IMG/VR virus record: IMGVR_UViG_3300029610_000240
Origin: a virus
Lineage: Duplodnaviria; Heunggongvirae; Uroviricota; Caudoviricetes
DNA: 52,002 bases
Direction: 5' to 3' (one strand)
Shown: positions 38,463 through 47,721 of the stretch, in pieces
How the letters are laid out: each line of letters begins with the position of its first letter
How positions within the stretch are numbered: the stretch's first letter is position 1
Notes under the pieces: generated by a model
The model's database searches: none
Told to the model about the DNA's origin: nothing
Seen by the model: the letters and a program-made list of their open reading frames with translations, nothing else
Program-made: the position numbers and the translations under genes

Positions 38463-41400
38463 ATGAGGAAAAATGTGAAGCGTACAATTGCTGTTTTAAG
38501 TGCTGTATGTATGCTTCCGTGTCCGCAGGTAGCAAATGTTGCCGTCATGGCACAAAATGTATCTGTTGGAAGTTCTATCGGAGCAAAGACATTGAAACAG
38601 TCTTTGCAAACATCAACGAATTTTGAAACTGCATCAGGGAAACGACAGGAAGTAAAAGAAAATAAGATAGAAGATTCATATGATATAACATATGGTGATT
38701 CTATTACTTTTTTTGTTTCTAAGACAAAAATACCTGATCAAGATCAAACAGATAATTCTGGTAATGAAGATGATCAGAAACAGGATGATGGGCAGAAAGA
38801 TTCAGAAACAGATGTGATACCTGATTATGAGGTTCCAGATACTATTAATGGTTTTTCCTTTAATAAGGAAGAAACAGATGATGGATATCAACTTACATTT
38901 ACTGCAAATGAAGCAATGAGAAGTGCTGCAATCAAGATCAAAGGGCAGGATGTCGTTTTGAAAACTAAAAAGAGAAAACTGACTGCAAAAGCATCCGTCA
39001 AGAATAAAGTCTATGATGGAACGACCAATGCAGAATACGAGTCCTCTCCAAGTATTCAAAACGTGTTGGATAGTGATGAAAATCAGTTTTATTTCCGTTA
39101 TAAAAATCCAACCTTTGAAAAGAAAAATGTTGGAGAACAACAGGTTTCTCCAATTTCTATCAATTTATCAAGTGACAACTATGAAATTGATGATATCAGC
39201 GGACTGAAAGCAACGATTGAACAGAAAGAGATCACGACCAGTACGATCAAGATCAAGAGTAAAGTTTATGATGGTACAACAACTGCAGAGTATGCAAACA
39301 AAGTAACATTGCTCGGAGTAATATCCGGAGATGATGTACAATTAAATGTTCCAACACCATCATATGATACAAAAAATGTTGGAACTGACAAGAAGATCGT
39401 ATTTGATGGTGATTTTTCAATTGAGGGTACAGACAGTGCCAATTACCGATTGAAAGAAATTTCAGAAGTAACAGGAACGATTGAGAGAGCGAAGCTTGTA
39501 TATCGGGCGAAAGATCAAACCAGAAAATATGGCGAAGCAAATCCAAAACTTACTTATGAAGTAAAAGGTTTTGTTGCAGGTGATCAGCAAAGTGATTTTA
39601 ACGATCCGACATTGACATTGGATGTTCCAAAACTTACGAGTTTAGGAAAACATGAGGGAGTCATTAAAATCTCAGGTGTGAACTTGCCAGAATATTATGA
39701 TGTAACTTATGAAAGCGGAGATTTATACGTTGAAGCAAATGATATTCATGAAAATGAACATTATAAATTAACAAAGCCGGATGGAAAGAATGGTTGGTTT
39801 ACGAAAAAGAATTTTGTGATTGAGCCAATTCAGGGAGAAACCAGTGGTTATGATCTGGTTTCAACATCCAAAGATGGACCATGGAAAAAAACACTTGCTT
39901 ATACAGAAGATACAAAGAAAAAGAATGTTTCCTTTTATCTAAAAGATAGCAGCAATGGTGCAATTTCCAAAGTTGGAGAAGAGTCTTATAAGATTGATAA
40001 GACAGCTCCGGAAGTTGAGAATATTGCAATTGATTTTGTAAAAGGATACCAGAGTACAAAGAAATCTGGACCATTTAAATATTTCTTTGATACGATCGCA
40101 AAGATTGGAATTACATCTCATGATGATACCAGTGGAGTTGCAAGGATTGAATATCATACAGTAGATGAAGGAACACAATCAAAAGAAAAAACACAAGACG
40201 GTTCCAAAGCAACATTTGAGATTACTCCGAATTTCAAGGGTAACATTTATGCGAGAGCGATCGATGAAGCTGGAAATGTATCAGAAGAATACAAATCAGC
40301 CGGAACGATCCTAGAGAATAATGGAAAACACAGTACAACCAGTTCAATTCATATCTTACAGGAGACACAGGAAAAGAAATATTATAATCATGATATTTAC
40401 CTTGGACTTCAAGCAGAAGATACTTATTCCGGAATTGGGAATATATCATATGAAGCCGGGGCAGTGAATTCGAAAGAATCTTCCTATGATGATATGAAGT
40501 ATGAATATAAGAAGGATCATGTAAGGATTGATGCTTCTCAGAATAACAAAAACGGTGTAGAAGCTAAATTTACAATGGTGGATAACACCGGACATAAGAG
40601 TACGGTCCGAAAGAAATTCAACATTGATGTTTCCAAGCCGGAGATCACAATCTCTTATGACAATAATCAGTCTGAGGGAAAATACTTCAAAAAGAATCGA
40701 ACAGCAACGATCACGATCAAAGAAAGGAACTTTGACAGTAATAAGACACTTGTTTACTTGACAAAAAATGGTGTAAAAACAAGATTGAAATCCAATTTTG
40801 TCAGTGATGGAGTATTACACAGCAGAGAAGATGGCAGTCAGTATTATATTTATCAAATGAATGTAGTATTTGATCAGGACGGTGAATATTCCTTAACAGC
40901 AGCAAGTACCGATCTTGCCGGAAACAAGAACCTTCCAGTCACTTATGTTGGTACTCATACAGACAGCTTTGTGATCGATAAAACAAAGCCTGTAGCGAAA
41001 ATCTCTTTTGATAATAATTCTGTGAAGAATGAAAAATATTACAAAGCGGATCGAATTGCAACTATTCGGGTAACAGAGAAAAATTTTAAAGAACTGAATG
41101 TCTCAACAAATGGAAAGAAAAGTGGATGGAGCAGTCATGGAAATGAACATGTGATGACTGTTACATTTAATGAAGATAAAGAATATCATCTTTCTATTGC
41201 AGGACAGGATCTTGCCGGAAATGTTTTAGAGAAACAAAGTGCAAAACCTTTTATTGTTGACAAGACAAAGCCTAAGATCGATCAGGTAACACCAAGTGAT
41301 TCCAGTGCGAATACTGGAGCTGTTACTTGTGGATATACATTAACAGATAAGTACCTTGACAAAGGCAGTGATCAGCTAGTCGGAGAAATGAAAGGTCGTA

Positions 41401-42323
41401 AGTTTAAAGTAAATGAAAAACAGAAAGTGGAGAACGGATACAAAGTAACTTATCAGCAGATTCCAAATGCAATGGAAAATGATGATTATTATACATTCGT
41501 GATTCAGTCAGAAGATAAAGCCGGAAATATTTCAAAAAAATCCATTCACTTTACGGTTAATCGATATGGTTCTGTTTATCATTTATCATCTTATGCAAAA
41601 TCTATTAATGGTACTTATGTAAAAGATGCTGATAAGATTGTCTTGGAAGAGATTAATCCAGATCAATTATCAGATTGCAATTTAAAAGTTGTAAGAGATA
41701 ATGATCCGATTGCTTTGAAAAATGAAGATGCATCGATTGAGAAGAAACATGATAAGTGGTACAAAGTTACCTACACAGTCAATGCTTCGGCACTGAAAGA
41801 GGAAGGTACTTATCGTATCATTACATCTTCTAAGGATACGGCAAAGCATACATCTTCCAATGATATGTCAAAGAAAAAAGCGTCAATCAGTTTTGGGGTT
41901 GATACAACAAAACCAAACATCTTAATCTCAAACATTGAAGGTGGTAAGGTTTATGCCCAGGATGGAAGAACCGCAACAGTTCTTGTAAAAGACAACTTGC
42001 TGTTACAGAGTGCGAAAGTTTATGTCAATGATAATCTGATAAAGGAATACGATGAAAAAGTTCCTGAAAAGATTGACATTCCTCTGGATCAGAAAGATGA
42101 AGCTCAAAGCATTCATGTAATTGTGAAGGATGCCGCGGGAAATGAATCTGAAATTACGATGGATAACATTTATGTTACAACAAACCTATGGATCAGATTT
42201 ATTCACAGTGTGCCGGCGATGGCAACTGCAGGTGGTGTATCACTTGCTGTGATTCTGGCAGCAGTTATTGTTTTACGAAAAAGAATAAAAGCAAAACCAT
42301 CGGTTGAGGATGATGAAAAATAA
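38463..42323 (+). CDS. Large membrane-anchored surface protein with YDG, MBG and Ig-like repeats
   Basis: Signal peptide; two KVYDGTT repeats; R.YGEANP motif; repeated D.AGN..IDKT.P; C-terminal TM. Confidence 0.85.
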   Translation: MRKNVKRTIAVLSAVCMLPCPQVANVAVMAQNVSVGSSIGAKTLKQSLQTSTNFETASGKRQEVKENKIEDSYDITYGDSITFFVSKTKIPDQDQTDNSGNEDDQKQDDGQKDSETDVIPDYEVPDTINGFSFNKEETDDGYQLTFTANEAMRSAAIKIKGQDVVLKTKKRKLTAKASVKNKVYDGTTNAEYESSPSIQNVLDSDENQFYFRYKNPTFEKKNVGEQQVSPISINLSSDNYEIDDISGLKATIEQKEITTSTIKIKSKVYDGTTTAEYANKVTLLGVISGDDVQLNVPTPSYDTKNVGTDKKIVFDGDFSIEGTDSANYRLKEISEVTGTIERAKLVYRAKDQTRKYGEANPKLTYEVKGFVAGDQQSDFNDPTLTLDVPKLTSLGKHEGVIKISGVNLPEYYDVTYESGDLYVEANDIHENEHYKLTKPDGKNGWFTKKNFVIEPIQGETSGYDLVSTSKDGPWKKTLAYTEDTKKKNVSFYLKDSSNGAISKVGEESYKIDKTAPEVENIAIDFVKGYQSTKKSGPFKYFFDTIAKIGITSHDDTSGVARIEYHTVDEGTQSKEKTQDGSKATFEITPNFKGNIYARAIDEAGNVSEEYKSAGTILENNGKHSTTSSIHILQETQEKKYYNHDIYLGLQAEDTYSGIGNISYEAGAVNSKESSYDDMKYEYKKDHVRIDASQNNKNGVEAKFTMVDNTGHKSTVRKKFNIDVSKPEITISYDNNQSEGKYFKKNRTATITIKERNFDSNKTLVYLTKNGVKTRLKSNFVSDGVLHSREDGSQYYIYQMNVVFDQDGEYSLTAASTDLAGNKNLPVTYVGTHTDSFVIDKTKPVAKISFDNNSVKNEKYYKADRIATIRVTEKNFKELNVSTNGKKSGWSSHGNEHVMTVTFNEDKEYHLSIAGQDLAGNVLEKQSAKPFIVDKTKPKIDQVTPSDSSANTGAVTCGYTLTDKYLDKGSDQLVGEMKGRKFKVNEKQKVENGYKVTYQQIPNAMENDDYYTFVIQSEDKAGNISKKSIHFTVNRYGSVYHLSSYAKSINGTYVKDADKIVLEEINPDQLSDCNLKVVRDNDPIALKNEDASIEKKHDKWYKVTYTVNASALKEEGTYRIITSSKDTAKHTSSNDMSKKKASISFGVDTTKPNILISNIEGGKVYAQDGRTATVLVKDNLLLQSAKVYVNDNLIKEYDEKVPEKIDIPLDQKDEAQSIHVIVKDAAGNESEITMDNIYVTTNLWIRFIHSVPAMATAGGVSLAVILAAVIVLRKRIKAKPSVEDDEK

Positions 42324-42474
42324 AATCAGATGATTCCAAAGGCGCCCATCCCCTTATTAAGCAAACCATGTAGTTTTAGAACTGTGTGAAATCAGATGAT
42401 TCCAAAGGGCCTATTAAATTCTACAATTCAGAAATGGAGTTTTAGAACTGTGTGAAATCAGATGATTCCAAAGG
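42323..42474 (+). CRISPR. Type II-A-like mini-array C
   Basis: Identical 36-nt repeats GTTTTAGAACTGTGTGAAATCAGATGATTCCAAAGG at 42373-42408 and 42439-42474; 20-nt partial repeat ending 42342; two 30-nt spacers. Confidence 0.85.
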
Positions 42475-42548
42475 TCCAAATTACACAGTGAGTAAAAATA
42501 AGAATTTTATCGAATTAATTTACTAAGGTAAAAGCTGTCGGCGATAGC
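42475..42548 (+). ncRNA. tracrRNA-like module C
   Basis: TTACACAGT pairs with repeat ACTGTGTGA; GAGTAAAAATAAG; hairpins TTTAC-TAAG-GTAAA and GCTGTC-GGC-GATAGC. Confidence 0.8.
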
Positions 42549-42589
42549 AATTTATAAATTAAGGACTTAACTTTGTTCTTTTATTGAAC

Positions 42590-43231
42590 ATGAAAATAAA
42601 AAATATCGAAAAGAGGGGGAATCGAAAAGAGGGTGTAAACTTGATCATTGAAGTTTTAGAAAAAGACGTGATTCCAAAAGGAAATCGAAAGCTTTTAAAT
42701 AGAAGAAACTTTTACAAACAGCATTTAACTTCTTTAGGTTTTTCTCATGTAAGAGGAAAATATGTGATACAACTGGATGATGAAAATGAGATTGAAACAA
42801 TGAAAACATTACTTGAATCTTATCGGACAAAATACCAGAGTTATCCAAACAGTTATCTTCGTTCAGGAGATTACCGAAAGAAGTTTTTTGATAAAAATCG
42901 TCCAATCTTCAAAGATTATTATATATGTGCATACTGCGGAAGATTCTTAAAAAAGAAAGATGTAACAGTTGATCATATCATATCAATTAGAAAAGCTCAG
43001 AAATCAAAGATTTTGCAGTTTATTCTTCGATTGGTAAAGATCAACGACATTAATGATGAAAAGAATCTGACCGCTTCATGTGAGACATGTAATAAGAAGA
43101 AAGGACAAAAATTAAGTTTATCTTATGTACTCCGGGGAATTCTCGGTAGAAAGTCATGGTATTGGATTATCTATTATATAGTCATAATTGTTGTTTTGGT
43201 CATTGTAATTTTACAGATTGTCAATCCATGA
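42590..43231 (+). CDS. HNH endonuclease with C-terminal transmembrane helix
   Basis: CAYCG..TVDHII..NL..SCETCNKKKG motif; hydrophobic C-terminus; alternative TTG start at 42641. Confidence 0.85.
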   Translation: MKIKNIEKRGNRKEGVNLIIEVLEKDVIPKGNRKLLNRRNFYKQHLTSLGFSHVRGKYVIQLDDENEIETMKTLLESYRTKYQSYPNSYLRSGDYRKKFFDKNRPIFKDYYICAYCGRFLKKKDVTVDHIISIRKAQKSKILQFILRLVKINDINDEKNLTASCETCNKKKGQKLSLSYVLRGILGRKSWYWIIYYIVIIVVLVIVILQIVNP

Positions 43232-43445
43232 TGAAGAAGTGCATAATATCTTACTTATATTTTATACGAATCCAATAAAAGCAAGAACTGATATTTCTTG
43301 ATTCCCTTGTGACTATGATACATTTATTGGAATTCGTAATTCAAAATAAAAGATATTGTAATCGCCCGTTGAATGCGGGATCTGTCAGGTGATAGAAAAG
43401 GGTATCTATTGTTTTTTATTTTGAAAGGAGGAGGTAGCTCATTAC

Positions 43446-45425
43446 GTGCTACCAACACAAAGTATGAATCTGAAAAAAGTATTAAAAAAAGTGATGTACG
43501 CATGTATGTCCGCAGCAATGATTGCTGTTCCTACAGTGCCTGCTTACGCAGCTCAGAATGATGTTATTGATACAACAAGAACAGCATCATTAACAATTCA
43601 CAAATACGACATGACAGCAGCGAAAAAAGGTGGAGTTAACTTAGATCAGTTTACTTCTACTGGAAAACAGGATGCAGCAGCAGAAGAAGCATTAAAGAAT
43701 TATGCAATCAAAGGGGTAGAATTTAGTTACTTAAGAGTCGGTGATGTAGAACAGCAGTCTGAAAATGGAAAAGTTCAGATGATCTATGAATTACCAGATG
43801 CGTTACAGAAAATCATTGGATTAACAGATTCCGATGCAGCAAAAACAGAAGGTAGCAAAGATTACTTTACAAGCCAGATCATCAATGACAAACTGGCAAA
43901 AGCATTAGAAGATAATACAGCCACAAAAGATAAACTGGAAGATTATATGGGCAAAGGTGGAACAGCCATGGATCTTACAGATGCAAAAGGTGTAACAAAG
44001 AAAGACAAACTTCCTTTAGGTTTATATCTGATCGTTGAAACAAAAGTACCAGAAGATGTAACTTATACAACAAATCCTTGGTTCGTGCAGTTACCATCTA
44101 CAGATTCAGAAGGTGACGACTGGTTCTACGATGTTGTATGTTATCCAAAAAACGAAACAGGTGTTCCTACATTAGACAAACGTGTGCGTAATAATCCTGA
44201 CAAAGATAATGTAACAACAGCAAATCAGGATGCTTTAGCTGATTTCACACACGCAAGAGAAGAGTACACATATCAGAGTACAGTCACAGCATCCAAGGCA
44301 GAAAAACTGGATTATCAGTTTATTTCCAAACTGCCACATATCACATCAAGCACAACATATCTTTCTACTTATACATTCGATGATAAGATGGCTAAAGGTA
44401 TGACATACAACAAAAATGCAGTGATCGCAATCTATGACAACAAAGATGCAGCAGATACAACAAACGTTAACAACGTTGACAAGAGCGGTGCAATCGCAGT
44501 ATGGAAAACATCTGACACAGATCCTAAGTTCGCTGTAACTTATGGTAAATCTGGCGAAGACTCTACTATGAAAGTAGAAATGACAAAATCAGGATTAAGT
44601 GAAATCAACAAGAAATACTCTGACAAATATATCGTTGTTTACTACACAGCAGATGTCAATACAGATGATACAGTTGTTCTTGGTGATAAAGGTAACCCTA
44701 ACGATGTGTCCTTAACATGGAAGAGAACATCTACAGATTACTGGGATATCTTAAAAGATAAATGTATCGTATACAGCTTTGGATACAACTTCACAAAGAA
44801 ATTCTCTGACAGCAAGGGAGATGCAACAAAGGTTAAATTCGTGATCCAGAACAAATCTGATAATTACTACTTAGTAGCAAGAGCAGACAAAGCCGGAGTA
44901 TATCAGGTAACAGGTAAATCCGCTACAGAAGAAGGAGCTACACAGTTCAGTCCAGATGCAGCCGGAAAACTTGTGATCAACGGTATCGAAGCTGACAAAT
45001 ACGGATTTACGGAAACACACTCTGATGCAGGATACACACTGCTTAAGAAAGAGATCATTGTAAATATCACATCTACAAAAGCCAATATCACACCAACAGA
45101 AGCTAACATCACAGGAATCCAGTCCAAGAATGGAAACGATTCTACAGCCAATGACGGAGTGAAGAATGGAAAAGAACTTGCAAATGACGTAGCAGTTCAG
45201 ACGATCAATGCATCTGCCACTGTAGATGATAAGAAAGCAACCATGAGTGCAAATGGAGAATCCACAAATGCGTTTGTTGATATGCAGGTAACAAACCAGA
45301 AACAGTTTTTACTGCCAATGACAGGTGGAGCAGGAAGTTACGCATTGATCATCGCAGGAGTTGTAATCGCTGGGTGCGGATTTATCATTATCAAGAAGAA
45401 CCAGAAACGTAAAGAAGTCCAGTAA
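43446..45425 (+). CDS. Sortase-assembled backbone (major) pilin, SpaA/SpaH/EbpC-like
   Basis: LTIHKY, YLIVETKVP, pilin motif YPKN, E-box FTETHSDAGY, LPMTG plus TM and basic tail. Confidence 0.9.
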   Translation: MLPTQSMNLKKVLKKVMYACMSAAMIAVPTVPAYAAQNDVIDTTRTASLTIHKYDMTAAKKGGVNLDQFTSTGKQDAAAEEALKNYAIKGVEFSYLRVGDVEQQSENGKVQMIYELPDALQKIIGLTDSDAAKTEGSKDYFTSQIINDKLAKALEDNTATKDKLEDYMGKGGTAMDLTDAKGVTKKDKLPLGLYLIVETKVPEDVTYTTNPWFVQLPSTDSEGDDWFYDVVCYPKNETGVPTLDKRVRNNPDKDNVTTANQDALADFTHAREEYTYQSTVTASKAEKLDYQFISKLPHITSSTTYLSTYTFDDKMAKGMTYNKNAVIAIYDNKDAADTTNVNNVDKSGAIAVWKTSDTDPKFAVTYGKSGEDSTMKVEMTKSGLSEINKKYSDKYIVVYYTADVNTDDTVVLGDKGNPNDVSLTWKRTSTDYWDILKDKCIVYSFGYNFTKKFSDSKGDATKVKFVIQNKSDNYYLVARADKAGVYQVTGKSATEEGATQFSPDAAGKLVINGIEADKYGFTETHSDAGYTLLKKEIIVNITSTKANITPTEANITGIQSKNGNDSTANDGVKNGKELANDVAVQTINASATVDDKKATMSANGESTNAFVDMQVTNQKQFLLPMTGGAGSYALIIAGVVIAGCGFIIIKKNQKRKEVQ

Positions 45426-45551
45426 AAATTTTAAATAAATATTTTTTCCATAAAAGTTGAAGCTTGTAAGAATGACAAGAACTGTAAAGAGACAGTATGT
45501 AACTATTTATTTAGGATTAGGCAATTATTAATTGTCTGAAAGGAGAATATC

Positions 45552-46127
45552 ATGGCAAAAAAATTTGCAAAAAAAATTGCTACATATGCAATGGCAGCAA
45601 CTATGATCGGTGGAGCAGTTATTGGCTCAGGATTAACAGGCGTATTTGCTGCTGAAAAGTATCCATCTTCAGCAACAGCCAAATCAGCTTATAGTAAGGT
45701 AATGTCTAACACAGGCACAAATTACAAAAAATCATATGAAGATTACAAGAAGGCATATGAAGATTTCATGAATCAGTATATGCAGGCACCAACGGTTGAA
45801 CAGGCTGTATTTGATCATGGATATATTTTCACAAATAATCTGTTAAGTATCAGCTTTACAGAAGTGAAATATGCAAAGTCTTATGATGTAATGATCAGCA
45901 AAGATGACAACTTTAAAGTAACGAAAACATACACAACAGAGAAACCTTCTTTGGGTGTATACACTAAGAACGATGATTTCCTTACACCTACATGGCACGG
46001 ACGTTATGTAAAAGTAAGAGCTAATTATGGTTATGGAGTCCATGGAAAATGGTCCGAGAAAAAAATGATTGGATGCGGAAAATTACATTTACATCAGGAT
46101 TTCGTCAATGGTCCTTTTGACGATTAA
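45552..46127 (+). CDS. Secreted protein with FN3-like C-terminus
   Basis: Signal peptide; AKSY.V..S.D.NF..YVKVRA..KWS motif; paralogue of the next gene. Confidence 0.7.
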   Translation: MAKKFAKKIATYAMAATMIGGAVIGSGLTGVFAAEKYPSSATAKSAYSKVMSNTGTNYKKSYEDYKKAYEDFMNQYMQAPTVEQAVFDHGYIFTNNLLSISFTEVKYAKSYDVMISKDDNFKVTKTYTTEKPSLGVYTKNDDFLTPTWHGRYVKVRANYGYGVHGKWSEKKMIGCGKLHLHQDFVNGPFDD

Positions 46128-46193
46128 ATCATGACTTTTCCGGATCATTTAAATGTATGGTCCGGAAAAATTAATAGAAGGAGAATAAATAAA

Positions 46194-46694
46194 ATGACTA
46201 AGAAAAAAATTGCAAGAAAAATTGCAACATATGCGATGGCAGCAAGCATGATCGGTGGATCTATTCTTGGATCAGGTATAACAGGAGTATCTGCTGCTGA
46301 AAAATATCCAACTGCTAAGACATCTTATAGTAAAACTGTAGCTGATACAGACTACAAACAGGCTTATTTAGACTATATCAGTCAGTTTATTAAAGCACCA
46401 GAGATTACATCTGCAACGGCAAAAACAGTATGGGGATATATTTTATCAACATATGACGAAACAATTACTTTTAAAGAAGCAAAGTTTGCAAAATCTTATC
46501 AGGTACAGCTTAGCTGGAACAAAGATTTTACAAAAGATTCAAAAACTGGATTCACTCCAATTACAGTAAAAACAGATCAGACCAGTGTAACAATCTCTTC
46601 TGCACTCGGATACAGTTATGCAAGAGTAAGAGCTGATTATGGAAATGGAGTCTACAGCAAATGGTCAAATGTTAAAACAGTAGAATTTAAATAG
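46194..46694 (+). CDS. Secreted protein with FN3-like C-terminus (paralogue of 45552)
   Basis: Near-identical signal region KIATYAMAA.MIGG..GSG.TGV.AAEKYP; AAGGAG RBS. Confidence 0.7.
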   Translation: MTKKKIARKIATYAMAASMIGGSILGSGITGVSAAEKYPTAKTSYSKTVADTDYKQAYLDYISQFIKAPEITSATAKTVWGYILSTYDETITFKEAKFAKSYQVQLSWNKDFTKDSKTGFTPITVKTDQTSVTISSALGYSYARVRADYGNGVYSKWSNVKTVEFK

Positions 46695-46845
46695 TAAATT
46701 TTAAGATTTTAGAATTTACTATGCATATGACAAAGTATATTTAAATCAGGACTTCATAAATTGTCCTTTTGACAATTAGATTGTAAAGATTGATTGTAAA
46801 ATAAAACCCTGTCAAATTAATTTGACAGGGTATAGTAAAAAGATT

Positions 46846-47721
46846 ATGAAACAAAAAATTATTCCAATACTGATTGTATTGTTTGGTTTTGCATTATTAT
46901 CTTATCCGTTTATCAGTAATTATATATTTGAAAAAAGTGCTGGTTCAACAATTAAGTCTTATGAGAAACAAGCAAAAACATATGATCAGAAACAAAAAGA
47001 TAAAGCTTTTCAAGAAGCAAAAGAATATAATGAAGATTTAACAAAATCAGCAGTGCAATTAACTGACCCGTTCAAGGCGAAAAAAAGTGATGGGGAAACA
47101 ATGATTTACAATAATATCCTAAATCTTGATCATTCAGGAATTATGGGGTATTTAGAAATCCCTTGTATTTCTGTTAATCTTCCTATTTATCATGGTACAG
47201 ATGCAGAAATTTTGGAACGTGGAGTTGGACACCTTGCAGCATCTTCAATTCCGGTAGGTGGGAAAAGTACACATAGTGTATTAACTGGACATACAGGACT
47301 CAGCTCAGCCAAACTATTCACTGATCTGACAGAGATGAAAAATGATGATTTATTCTTTATACATGTATTAGATCGCACACTAGCTTATAAAGTTGATCAG
47401 ATATCAGTTGTTAAGCCGGAGGATACAGAAAAACTTCAAATCATAGATGGAAAAGATTATGTTACTCTCGTAACATGTACCCCATATGGAGTCAATGACC
47501 ATCGTTTACTGGTACGGGGTGTCAGAACCAAATATGTAAAGAAGCAACGATCATCGATACGACCAAGAAATAAGGGTTCCCAATGGATGGGAACTTATAA
47601 ACGAGCGATCGCAATTGGACTTGCAATCGTTATGGCACTGGTCTTGTCAGGCAAAGTATATCAAAAACTTCGAAGAAAAAAGACAGAAAAAATACGACAA
47701 AAAGAAGGAGAGACGAAATGA
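46846..47721 (+). CDS. srtC: Class C sortase
   Basis: DPF lid, GHTG, TLVTCTPYGVNDHRLLVRG; N- and C-terminal TMs. Confidence 0.93.
   Translation: MKQKIIPILIVLFGFALLSYPFISNYIFEKSAGSTIKSYEKQAKTYDQKQKDKAFQEAKEYNEDLTKSAVQLTDPFKAKKSDGETMIYNNILNLDHSGIMGYLEIPCISVNLPIYHGTDAEILERGVGHLAASSIPVGGKSTHSVLTGHTGLSSAKLFTDLTEMKNDDLFFIHVLDRTLAYKVDQISVVKPEDTEKLQIIDGKDYVTLVTCTPYGVNDHRLLVRGVRTKYVKKQRSSIRPRNKGSQWMGTYKRAIAIGLAIVMALVLSGKVYQKLRRKKTEKIRQKEGETK

Noticed and set aside
38463..42323. 1286-aa ORF between arrays as a possible Cas9 (similar size)
   Set aside because: Has a signal peptide, YDG/Ig repeats and a C-terminal TM; no RuvC, HNH or bridge helix motifs
37565..42438. Self-targeting of the six spacers within this window
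   Set aside because: No match noticed by eye; not exhaustive, needs an alignment search
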